From Hamiltosporidium tvaerminnensis FI-OER-3-3 (lineage: Eukaryota > Fungi > Microsporidia): 64,000 bases of DNA. The stretch covers positions 310,001 through 374,000 of the forward strand of contig JAKIMF020000004.1 of the NCBI GenBank assembly GCA_022605425.2. The letters are read 5' to 3'. The position numbers and the translations under genes are program-made. This document shows positions 1 to 9,861 of this stretch, in pieces; the first letter of the stretch is position 1; each line of letters starts with the position of its first letter. Under the pieces are notes generated by a model. That model was given only the letters and a program-made list of their open reading frames with translations, was not told the origin of the DNA and ran no database searches.

Positions 1-98
1 AAAATGTGATATAAACTTTGTAAGGGAATTCAAAAAGGAAAAAGACTTAGATTCTTAGAATCTCACATACTTAAATAGACGAAAAAAATTGGATTCTA

Positions 99-1067
99 AT
101 GATTTTTATTATACTTCAGATATTTTTAAGCAAATATATTGAGTGTGGTGTAGCTTGTGGATCATCAAGAGATGCAAATGCATATTATATATTTTCAGAA
201 GAACCAGCAGTTATAGAAATACCTAATCAAGGTCAAGAAGTTATGTTCTCTCAGCCTAGTTCTAATGTTTATGAATATTCTTATAAAGATCCTAATACTA
301 ATAGTTGGTCTCAGCCTGTTATTGTTAATGTTGGAGACTATCCGAGTCAGTACAGCAATCCAAGTACAACCTATCAGCAACCAACACAGACATGGACACA
401 GCCAGCTCAGACATGGACACAATCTGCCGAAACTTATACACAACCCACTCAAACATGGACACAACCCGCCGAAACTTATACACAACCCACCCAAGCATGG
501 ACACAACCTACTCAAACATGGACACAACCTGCGTCTACTTCTACACAGATGACAGCCCAAGCCTGGACACAACCTGCCCAAACATGGACTACACCTACTT
601 CTACCTCAACACAGTCTGCTCAAGCATGGACTCAACCTACCCAAGCATGGACTCAACCTACTTCTACACAGACATGGGCCAATCCAATGCCAGTTTATTC
701 TGATATCCAAGGAACACCAATGACATCTGGTGCAAATGGAGAAATCGTAAGTGTAGCTGATTCAAACACATCTGCTGCAATAGTAGGAGTTGGAGCTGGA
801 ACAGCTGCTGGGGTAACAGCCGCAGGTGCATCTACATCAGGAGGATCATCTGCCGCCATGGATTCGGCAGCAGCAGGAGGAAATGGTTCATCATCAAATT
901 CAACATCAGATAAAAATGGAAATAAGACCAAAGACAAAAACTCTACAAAAGGAGGTGGATCAAAGAGTAGCAACGGGAAGAACAATATGAAATCTAAGAA
1001 CGGTGCAGGAAGTGCAGTCATTATTACAGGATTGCTTGGAATGATTGCAAGTGCTGTTCTCTTTTAG
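99..1067 (+). CDS. Secreted, probably GPI-anchored Thr/Gln/Trp-repeat surface protein (spore wall, plasma membrane or polar tube candidate)
   Basis: 322-aa ORF. Hydrophobic N-terminal signal (MIFIILQIFLS), about 14 heptad repeats (T/A)WTQP(T/A)Q, a Gly/Ala/Ser-rich then Lys/Asn-rich spacer, and C-terminal KNGAGS plus hydrophobic tail AVIITGLLGMIASAVLF resembling a GPI signal. GC content is well above the flanks. Confidence 0.8.
   Translation: MIFIILQIFLSKYIECGVACGSSRDANAYYIFSEEPAVIEIPNQGQEVMFSQPSSNVYEYSYKDPNTNSWSQPVIVNVGDYPSQYSNPSTTYQQPTQTWTQPAQTWTQSAETYTQPTQTWTQPAETYTQPTQAWTQPTQTWTQPASTSTQMTAQAWTQPAQTWTTPTSTSTQSAQAWTQPTQAWTQPTSTQTWANPMPVYSDIQGTPMTSGANGEIVSVADSNTSAAIVGVGAGTAAGVTAAGASTSGGSSAAMDSAAAGGNGSSSNSTSDKNGNKTKDKNSTKGGGSKSSNGKNNMKSKNGAGSAVIITGLLGMIASAVLF
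368..680 (+). repeat. Coding 21-bp minisatellite (ACATGGACACAACCNRCYCAA-like), about 14 units
   Basis: Repeated catggacacaacc / cttatacacaacc units seen directly, encoding TWTQPTQ heptads. Confidence 0.9.
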
Positions 1068-1925
1068 ATTCATTAAAAATGTACATATTGATTCTATTTT
1101 TTATATTATTTCGCTAATCATTTATTTATTGAAATTTAATATCTATATGATTATTTACATTTATTAATTTTATTTTAAACTACTTTTTTGTATTTTTATA
1201 TCAAATTATTGAACTCGGCGTATCCGAAATTCTTTTTTGTTCCAAAGTTTTTATATTATATATTTCCATCTATTTTACAGAGGCTAAATAAAATTTTTCT
1301 TAAATCTAATCTAAAAATCAATGTATATTTATAGATAAGCTAATTCAAAAAAATGAAAAAAATAGAACAGAAATGAATTTTTTTTGTTTATCTGCTTATA
1401 CACAGGTAAATTTGTTTTTTTATGAATGGTTTTACCATTTATTTCAATCGATATTATGATAGTATTCCTATTAATATATCTATTGCTTCTTAATATTATT
1501 ATTTGCCAACTTAACAAAGCTTATATTCATGTGATATGAAGAAGAAAAAAATGGTAGTTTTTAAACAAAAAGATTCATTTAATAAAAAACCATGTTCTAT
1601 AATTCTACTATTGAAAAGGAAATAAAGAATCAAAGTATATTTAAAAACAGAACGATTATATTTATAAAAATTTTATTCTAGAATTCTATGACTTCAAGGC
1701 GAAATAAACGGTACGAAATATAAAAGATATTTTACATAATTATATGTCTTATGACAAAATGAATATTTTAAAATTAAATTCTAAGCGAGAAGATTATTAT
1801 AATTCAATCTAAATTATGAATGCATCGCAGGATCTTTTTTTAGTTTTAACTTTAATATTATTTTAATGTAAAATTAATGGTTCAATTAAGTTCAAAATCA
1901 ATTATTTCTAAATTTGTTTTTATAT

Positions 1926-2161
1926 CCCCCCTTATGCCAAGAGCAGAATCGGCTTGGTGATTCTCTGCTTGCGGTAAGAGGCGACTAAAAGAGGCTGATC
2001 CTCCATGTTGAAGGTTGTGCGTAGGGCTAACAACCCACTTTAAAACTACCTTGTTACGAAACCCGATAATTAAAAAAACCCACTGGAAAACTACCGTTGG
2101 ACGATATTACCAAGGAAATACAAAGCTCGCACAGGGCTGTAGGGCCAAGGCTGAATAAATG
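1926..2161 (+). mobile_element. Bipartite RTE-derived non-autonomous retroelement (SINE-like), copy S1
   Basis: Shares CTGCTTG..GTAAGAGGCGACTAAAAG, GTAGGGCTAACAAC and TTGTTACGAAACCCG with copies at 12.5, 28.3 and 31.0 kb. The 3' part resembles an RTE LINE 3' end with a short (GAAT)-like tail. Confidence 0.75.
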
Positions 2162-4009
2162 CTATTAGATAATTTGTAGATTTTATTTCCTTTATTCGAT
2201 ATTGATTTACTTTAATTTCGAAAATGAATGTATACTTTTAAAATAATTTTAACTTTTAGATAAATATTTTGTGTTGAAAATGATTAATGATTTGAACGAA
2301 AAATTTACTATAAATATACACAATCAAGAATTCATAACACAATATACTTTATGATTTATTAAATTTTCTATATTTAAAAATTTAGAAATATTAAAAAAAT
2401 AATTTTATCAAAGAACACAAGTAGTATTAATTTCAATTTTATATATTGCATCAGATCAAAATTATTTTAAGTTTTAAACTAATGTTTATAAAATGTAAAT
2501 ATTGTTTGATTCAAAAGAAGTATAAAAATCAATCGTTCATTTTTTTTCAACATCGTTCAATATTGAAAAATTTAAGGATTTTAATTTTAGCTTTTATTAA
2601 ATGAGGTAATGAATACATTTTTAAAAAGTATAATTAATTTACTGATATGTGTATTTCAAAATATATAATTTTATTTTATAAATATAGTACTGGATATATA
2701 CTTTGTATTTAATTCTAATTCAAATGTATAAATTATATTGAAATTTATTATTGTGGTATAAAAATAAGAGAAATCTTTATTTATAAGACTACTCTATCTA
2801 AAAAATTATATTTTTTACTATAAGCTTTACAATAATAAAGAATCCATTTATATTTATTAAGAAGTACTTTTTAAGTTTTTTTTATAAATTTATATTTTAT
2901 TTCAAAATTTAATAATTGATTAAATTATTAAAAATATAGATGTAACAAGAAATATATAAAATTTAGTAAGAAATAGGTTTTTTGAAAGTTTAATTTATTT
3001 TTAGCAAATTTATTTACCAAATAATTTTTTATTTTTTCTTTTTTTATTTAGGCTTATATTTTATTTGCTCGTAATTACAATTTTTTCTTGATAAATTATT
3101 TATTTTTTTAAATTTTTCATTTAAACATACATCATATATTTCTAAACATATGGATATAAACTTTTACTAGTAATGCATCTTAAGATATAATTATAGGCTA
3201 GAAATGTTTAACGTTATGAATAATATTTCATTAATCCCATTTGAAGATTTACAATTTTACATTTTTCCATTCAAATCATTTTTCTTTTGGATTAAAATAT
3301 TTTTCACACAAATTAATTTTAATATCTTGAATTCTAGTTATAAATCTTTTATTATAGATTTAATATTAACAAGCTATTAGTTTATTTAATAATATTTCAT
3401 CTTTTTGTAACGGATAGTTCAAAAAAAAATATCAAAATATTCGTTTAAATTATACCATTTTTTGATATGAATTTAAAATAATAAAATTTAAACTAACTTT
3501 AAACAAATAAAAAACATAAATATAAGCGGTAACAAACCTTTTTAAAACTTTGTTTCTGTTTCTTTTTATATATTGTTTAGATACTTTATGATATTTTGAG
3601 TTTTATATAGTTTATAAATCATTCTAACGATTCAAAGATATTGTGAATTAGTTATTTTGATCAAAGAACAACAAAAATATAAAAAAATCGCTTTTTCGCA
3701 CTGTTTTCTTGACATATACTGTTGATAAATATTCGTTAAGTAACTTTTAAAGAAGCTTATATATTGAACGATATTTTTTTTATAACTAAGATATCTCTAT
3801 TTTTTTTAAAGCAAATTACACATATGCTTTCAATATAAAATTATGTTTCACAAAACAATTATTTCTCTTAAATATCTTTCTTTTTTTACTTACTATATGA
3901 TAAATCTATAAAGTATTAGTAACAAATTCATATTAAAATTAAAATATTAATTATATTTCGTAAAATAATAGATGAGCTCCAAAATTTATTTGAAATACAA
4001 AATTTGTAA

Positions 4010-4274
4010 ACGAAGTCAAAGGAACTAGACTCTGATGGCCGGATCATCATACACGAATAGCAGAAAGCAGAGCAATGAAAAAAATGTATATGTTCAATAT
4101 CAAAGGGTGAAAATCCCTAGTCGTCCAAAAAACTAGATGGCTATATGATATTTAAAAAGATCTCAGTACCTTAGCGTAGACGAATGGAGAAGAGAGGCGC
4201 TTGATCGTGAAAAGCTGAAGTTTATAATAAATTAGGCTAAGGCTCTTAATGAACGTAATGGAATCGAGTAAGTA
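4010..4274 (+). mobile_element. RTE-clade LINE 3' relic
   Basis: Broken translation GTRL*WPDHHTRIAESRAMKK...(G)RPKTRWLYDI*KDL..VDEWRREALDREK..AKALN matches the RTE C-terminal pattern RLxWxGH...GRPxxRWxD...W...A.DR; ends in gagtaagta. Confidence 0.75.
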
Positions 4275-4578
4275 TATAAAATTATAGATAAGATGCTATA
4301 ATAAAAAAACAAACGTTTTGATCATAGAACGTAATTTGTTTAAAAAACATTTATTAATGAAATATAACGACATATTAAATTATAAGAAAATAATTAAATA
4401 ATTATACCACAAATCAGAAAAAATTTTATAAAAAATGGGTTTAAATTTTTTTATCAATATTATATACTCAAAATGGATATTATTACTAATTCAATCTAAA
4501 AAAATATTAACAGATTTCCTTTTATATAAATAAATAAATAAAAGCAACAAAGAAAAATATTTTAAACCATTTTTAATG

Positions 4579-5070
4579 TTAGTGGCCATGATTTAAATGA
4601 TACTTCAATCCGTTACTATTCTTATACTTTTTTGAGCATCCTGATACAGTACATCTATACGGTTTTTCGGCTATTTTTTTTGAATGTCCGTTAATCAAAT
4701 GATATTTGAGACCATATGATGATGTATATTCCTTATCGCAGCCATATAAATAGCACTTATAAATTCTCACGTCTCCATATTTTTCATTTTCAGGTTTTGA
4801 ATTTTTAAAAAATACACTTCTAAATATTCTTTGATCAGGTTTTTCGACAACGACAGTGTTTGAATACCTTTTGATTTCAGGTGAATCAGGAACATCGCCG
4901 AAGTAAACTCGCTTTTCAAAATCTAACAAAAACGATTCTAAATCATATTGCACTGAATTCATATAAACCTTCTTAGCTTCAAAATCTTCTTCGTTCTTTT
5001 TATATATCTCTAATCGTTCCTCTAAACTTAAATCGTCATCATATAACATGTAATTGTCGAAAAATCTCAT
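4579..5070 (-). CDS. Sfp1-like C2H2 zinc-finger transcription factor (start re-assigned to ATG at 5070)
   Basis: Two C2H2 fingers: YKCYLYGCDKEYTSSYGLKYHLINGH and KPYRCTVSGCSKKYKNSNGLKYHLNHGH (Sfp1 signature KxYKNxNGLKYH). A CCC motif lies 5 nt upstream of the ATG at 5070 (ttgCCCtacaATG). Confidence 0.85.
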   Translation of the reverse strand: MRFFDNYMLYDDDLSLEERLEIYKKNEEDFEAKKVYMNSVQYDLESFLLDFEKRVYFGDVPDSPEIKRYSNTVVVEKPDQRIFRSVFFKNSKPENEKYGDVRIYKCYLYGCDKEYTSSYGLKYHLINGHSKKIAEKPYRCTVSGCSKKYKNSNGLKYHLNHGH

Positions 5071-6627
5071 TGTAGGGCAATTATATCCACGATTTAATAC
5101 TACATTTCCAAATATAGTAAGATAAAAAATCATTCGTTTCCTCTTAAAATTTACGTTTTTTAATAAAATTTTATGAAATTTTAATTGAATTTAATTTAAA
5201 CAAAATGTATGATCAAAAGTCTAGAAACACCTTTGAGGGATCGTTAAGAAGCCTTCAGCGATAATATTTTGACGATCAAAAATGTGGAATATTTTAATTT
5301 GATTTTATTAATTTAAATCGATTTATAAAATAATAAACCTCCATAATTATTTTATTTGTCTATACACACCAATATATTCCATACAATTAAAAAACCGCTT
5401 TTGTTTTTCTAGTTAAGAAAATTTTTACAAAATAAATAATAAACCAATCTTTCCTATCTTTTGCGGTCTGATTTTACAATCTTTTTATACTTTATTTAAA
5501 AATAATTATAAATTATCAACTTAAGAGAAATACAAATTTTTATACATCCTATTCTCATTATATATACATCAAAAATATTTAATTAAAAAAATATCATTTT
5601 TAATTTATCGAAATATATTTCGATCAATAAAATGACAGGTATTAAAATACCCTACTGGCTTAATAAAATCAAAGTGATTTATTTCCCAAATCTAGACTTC
5701 TTAGTTTTAATTCAAATTTATTAATTTTTTCATAAAAATTTTATTCGTTTTTAATAAAATTTCATTAAAACAGATTGTAAAACTAAATTATAAATAATTA
5801 TAAATAAACTGTAATTAATAAATGAAAGTAAAAGTATTAAATTATTAAATATATTTTAAAATTTTATCTCACAAAGTAATAATTATTCTCATATTTTTCC
5901 TTATATATTACATAAATTATTACTAATCGAAGTGTTAATATTTAAATAAATATGTATTAATATATCCGTCTTTTAATTCCATAATTATAATAAATATTTG
6001 TGTTTCTACACATTTATTCTCTAATTATCTTATATTATTGAATCTACTACTTATTAAAATTTATTTTTATTTACACATTTATTTTAAGACTAAAAACTAA
6101 ATACAAAAATTATACCTGACTTTATATGTTAAATACCTTCTTATTAGATATTACAAGAAAGATTTCTTATAAAATCTTCAGATTATATTTTCTGCATTTT
6201 TATTCTTTTTTTATATTTTTTCAAATTTTATATAAATTGCTTGCGTTATAAGTATGAAAAAAATGATTTCTTAAATCGAATATTTTCTTTATTTTTTTTT
6301 TCTTAGGCTTAACATTTATTCTGTTAATCTCTAATCGTTAAAGATATTGAAAAATAAAATTTTTTAAAATAAATATTTTCTTTTTTTCTAATTTATTTTC
6401 AACTAAAAAATAATTGTGATATTGAAGTACTTAAATTTAGAATGTTTAGAATATTTATAAAACATAAGTTGATTATAAGCTCATGTAAAACATAAATTTC
6501 AAATGATAGTATTTTCTTATTTTTTTTCTTTTTTTGAAAAAATACGTTTAACGTATTTACCGTTCATTTCTAATTAAAGTAATATAAAAATTAAAAAAGA
6601 TTGCCCCTTTTTAAGAAAAAAAAGAAA

Positions 6628-8739
6628 ATGATTAATATTTTTATATTGATAGTATTACTGGCTGTATGTATTATAACCGGGGCATTGTTTTACGCATCAA
6701 ATGAACAAACAAAACTGCTACTATTTATACCTTTTAATATATCTGTTGCTGGTTTATCAACACTTATATTAGAAATGACAAAAAAGACTAAATTGACAAT
6801 ATTTCTGAAGACTCTTTTACGGTTGACTAAATTGGTAGTTATATGGAATTTTATATTGACACTTAATAAATTGATAAATATAGAGTCTCTGTTTACGTGG
6901 TTGTGTTTTGGTGTGTTTTATATTGTAACTGATCTTGTTCGTGCGTATATATATGAATATGTTGAAAAATGTTTTTTTGATAAAATATTTGATGGTACGA
7001 TGAAAGAGATATTCCAAGTAGAACGGTATTTTTTATATTCTGATGGTGTTCTATCTAGAAAACGCTTGGAAGATTATAAAGATGATGTAGATCTTTTTAT
7101 TAAAAGAGATGTAAGGAAATTTACAAATTTGAAAAAGTTGTTTATAATGTGGTCTGGGCAATTGCATTATAGTGTCTATGGCGATGGTGGCGATGTGAAC
7201 AACTATAATGAAGTAAATGAATTGTTTAATGAATGTACGACCAACGAATCTCTTGATGAATCATTAAATAGCAGTGAAAATTATAATCTGGCACAAGAAA
7301 TATTTGAAGAAACAGCGTATGAAACCGTTGGACAAGCAGTTATAGATGAGGGAAACCAAAATCAGGGAGAAGAAACAGCGAATGAAACTGTTGGCAAATC
7401 AGTTATAGATGAGGGGAAACAAAATCAGGGGGACGAAGCATTTGAAGAACCAGTAAATGAAGCGGTTGTCGAATCAGCTTTAGATGAGGGGAAACAAAAT
7501 CAGACTGAAGAATCATTTGAAGAAACAGCAAATAAAGCTGTTGTTGAGCCAATAATAAACGCGGAAGACAAAAATCAAAATGAAACTGAAAATTCTAGAA
7601 AAAGAGATAGATGTAATGGTAATGGTTCTTTATCTGAAAAGATTTCTTCAGATACAAACGATTCAAATTATTTGTCCGATACAGGTCTTGATTATTTAAA
7701 ATGCGATGGATATGAAAATTTTGTTTTTCCACTTAGAAGTGAATTAAAAGGAAAAAAAAATAGGTGCCAAAATAAATATTATAAAAAACGAGATGCAAAC
7801 AAAATTGATACACGAGCTAGTATCTATGCACCAATAATTGAAGACTCTATAGAAAGTAAAGATAAAGAATCAAAGGAAGACCCATTTAAAAATTTATTTA
7901 TCAGTATTGAAAGTTTAGCTACTAATTTTGAATATTCAATAGCTAAAAAGATATTTAATTTAATTTCATTCAACAGTACAAATAAAATTGATTATGAATC
8001 TTTTAAAATTCATATGGGACAGATAGAAAATGAAAGATTTAATCTTTATAATTCACTTAAAGATTTTGATAAACTACATCTAAAATTTTATCTGACACTA
8101 TTTTTCTTTCATACAATGATTTTTTGTACAGTTCTGGCTATTTATAATGAAATAAGATTTTCTTTGCTGACACTTTCTATTCCTATTTTTCTTTTCTGTT
8201 TATTTCCTTCTATCAAAAGAATTTGTGAGTCTTTCTTTTTTATAGTTTTTACACATCCGTACGATAGTGGAGATAAAGTTAATTTTGGAGATGAAAACAT
8301 GATTGTTCGAAAAATCAACTTATTGTCTACTACATTTGAAAAATGGAATGGAGAGAAAGTATATGTATCAAATCAAGTTATAAATAAATTTACTGTGCGA
8401 AATATTCGAAGATCTAAACCGCAATTCTGGAATCTACAATTGGGTATATCGATTAATACTGATCCGAATAAGATCGATATTTTAAGAGAAAGATTAGAAG
8501 AATATTGTAAGATGAATCAGGCATTTAATTCTGCAACAGTTAATTGCGACAGTATTGAAAATGTAAATATGCTGATTTTAAGAATAATTATAAAACATAC
8601 ATCTAATTTTCAAAATGGATATTTTATGTGGACAAATCATACAAATTTTATGTACAAACTTAAGAGTATATTAGAAGAACTTGATGTTCATTATATTGAA
8701 GTTACCAAAAGCGTGGATCTTTTTCAAAACAAAAGTTAG
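6628..8739 (+). CDS. MscS-family mechanosensitive ion channel, paralog 1
   Basis: N-terminal TM helices and MscS core FIVFTHPYDSGDKV...VRKINLLSTTFEKWNGEKVYVSN...IRNIRRS-like. ATG 6628 follows CCCC at 6604-6607; the ORF track's TTG start is unlikely. Confidence 0.9.
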   Translation: MINIFILIVLLAVCIITGALFYASNEQTKLLLFIPFNISVAGLSTLILEMTKKTKLTIFLKTLLRLTKLVVIWNFILTLNKLINIESLFTWLCFGVFYIVTDLVRAYIYEYVEKCFFDKIFDGTMKEIFQVERYFLYSDGVLSRKRLEDYKDDVDLFIKRDVRKFTNLKKLFIMWSGQLHYSVYGDGGDVNNYNEVNELFNECTTNESLDESLNSSENYNLAQEIFEETAYETVGQAVIDEGNQNQGEETANETVGKSVIDEGKQNQGDEAFEEPVNEAVVESALDEGKQNQTEESFEETANKAVVEPIINAEDKNQNETENSRKRDRCNGNGSLSEKISSDTNDSNYLSDTGLDYLKCDGYENFVFPLRSELKGKKNRCQNKYYKKRDANKIDTRASIYAPIIEDSIESKDKESKEDPFKNLFISIESLATNFEYSIAKKIFNLISFNSTNKIDYESFKIHMGQIENERFNLYNSLKDFDKLHLKFYLTLFFFHTMIFCTVLAIYNEIRFSLLTLSIPIFLFCLFPSIKRICESFFFIVFTHPYDSGDKVNFGDENMIVRKINLLSTTFEKWNGEKVYVSNQVINKFTVRNIRRSKPQFWNLQLGISINTDPNKIDILRERLEEYCKMNQAFNSATVNCDSIENVNMLILRIIIKHTSNFQNGYFMWTNHTNFMYKLKSILEELDVHYIEVTKSVDLFQNKS
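7303..7585 (+). repeat. Coding tandem repeat (4 x 21-25 aa, acidic) within MscS paralog 1
   Basis: EETAYETVGQAVIDEGNQNQG / EETANETVGKSVIDEGKQNQG / EEPVNEAVVESALDEGKQNQT / EETANKAVVEPIINAEDKNQN. Confidence 0.85.
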
Positions 8740-8867
8740 GCTTTAATACATTTATGATAAATTAAATAACTGCAAATATTTTTATTAGTTTAAATTTTTT
8801 TACATAAATATATTTTAAAAAAATTGGTTTTAATTTAATTCATAGTAAATTTCTGTTTTTTGATGTT

Positions 8868-9580
8868 ATAGCAGAAAGATTACCACAGTAATTAAAACTA
8901 TCTGCTTGGCAATCGGTAATAATATTGGTCAAAATTATTATATAGATTTGAGTGGAATGAAAAATACAGTACTTCTTGTTTTGTTCCATGATTATTTGAT
9001 TTATGAGGAGAGGTCTAAAAAGAGTGGAATTTTCTCTACAAACTTAATTTTTAGTTTTTTTTTAATTAACTTAAAACCAATGGTTTGAATCTGTACAAAT
9101 TTCTTTGTAAAACCTCCAAAACATAGCCATGCTAACTTAAGGTAAATACTTAGGACCCGTATGATAAAAAATATAACCTTGAAAATACATGAACAGTAAT
9201 TAGTAGATTTTCTCGTTGATATAACATTATAACTTCTGATAGGCCAGATTTTAGTCTTCGGGATAATTCTTAGTTGCAAATATATTTGGTTTGGAAAATG
9301 TAAAGTAAATGAGAAGGCTGAGTTCTTGTAAGAGGCCAGGGTGGCTTTCGAATTGCAATAACACTCTAAGAAACGCTGATATATAAAAATCAGGCAACTC
9401 TCTTCACATTATAACATAATTTTACACACTCTTTCAATCAAAAGCTTTTATATATAAGATTTTAAGGAATGCCTATGGAATATTGTTTGATTAATTATAT
9501 ATATTTAATGTATAACAGATTAGGAATATGAAACAATATAATTTATACCAGTTTTTAATAAAAGATTTGATATTTAATTT
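8868..9580 (+). repeat. ~720-bp structured dispersed repeat, highly decayed copy G
   Basis: Collinear matches to the family: ctatctgcttggcaat, ttgttccatga, ttatgaggagaggtcta, cttagttgcaaat, caggcaact, ttttacacac. Confidence 0.65.
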
Positions 9581-9851
9581 TAACAAATATTGAATCTAAT
9601 AAAATAAAAAGTGTGACAAAAAATTGTTTAATCCAAAATTTTGAATTAAAAATATTTTTTATTTCCGAGACACTTTGATCAAATACCATTTAAATTTTAT
9701 GACATAAAATCTTTATTGAAACTTTAAAAAATATCAAAAAACCAATTCAAAAACTATTTTTTCTTTTTTCTTATAAAACATCTGTGAAAAAATATGAACG
9801 CAAGATAAAATTTTTAAAACTAAAAAAATATTTCTTGATTTTTTAGATTAA

Positions 9852-9854
9852 CCC
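9852..9854 (+). promoter_or_regulatory. Microsporidian CCC transcription-initiation motif (example; also 5075, 6604, 24109, 38815, 43680, 47320, and GGG at 14801)
   Basis: A CCC or GGG triplet lies within about 25 nt upstream of the ATG in 8 of 11 genes, in otherwise AT-rich DNA. This is a known microsporidian promoter feature. Confidence 0.75.
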
Positions 9855-9861
9855 TCTTTAT

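Noticed and set aside
195-1021. Overlapping ORFs 195-581(-), 265-552, 392-703 and 695-1021(-)
   Set aside because: Shadow frames of the GC-richer repetitive gene at 99-1067.
8864-9416. TGTTATA...TATAACA apparent terminal inverted repeat (MITE or solo LTR)
   Set aside because: Homology to the 720-nt family continues past 9416 to about 9580, so the match is coincidental.
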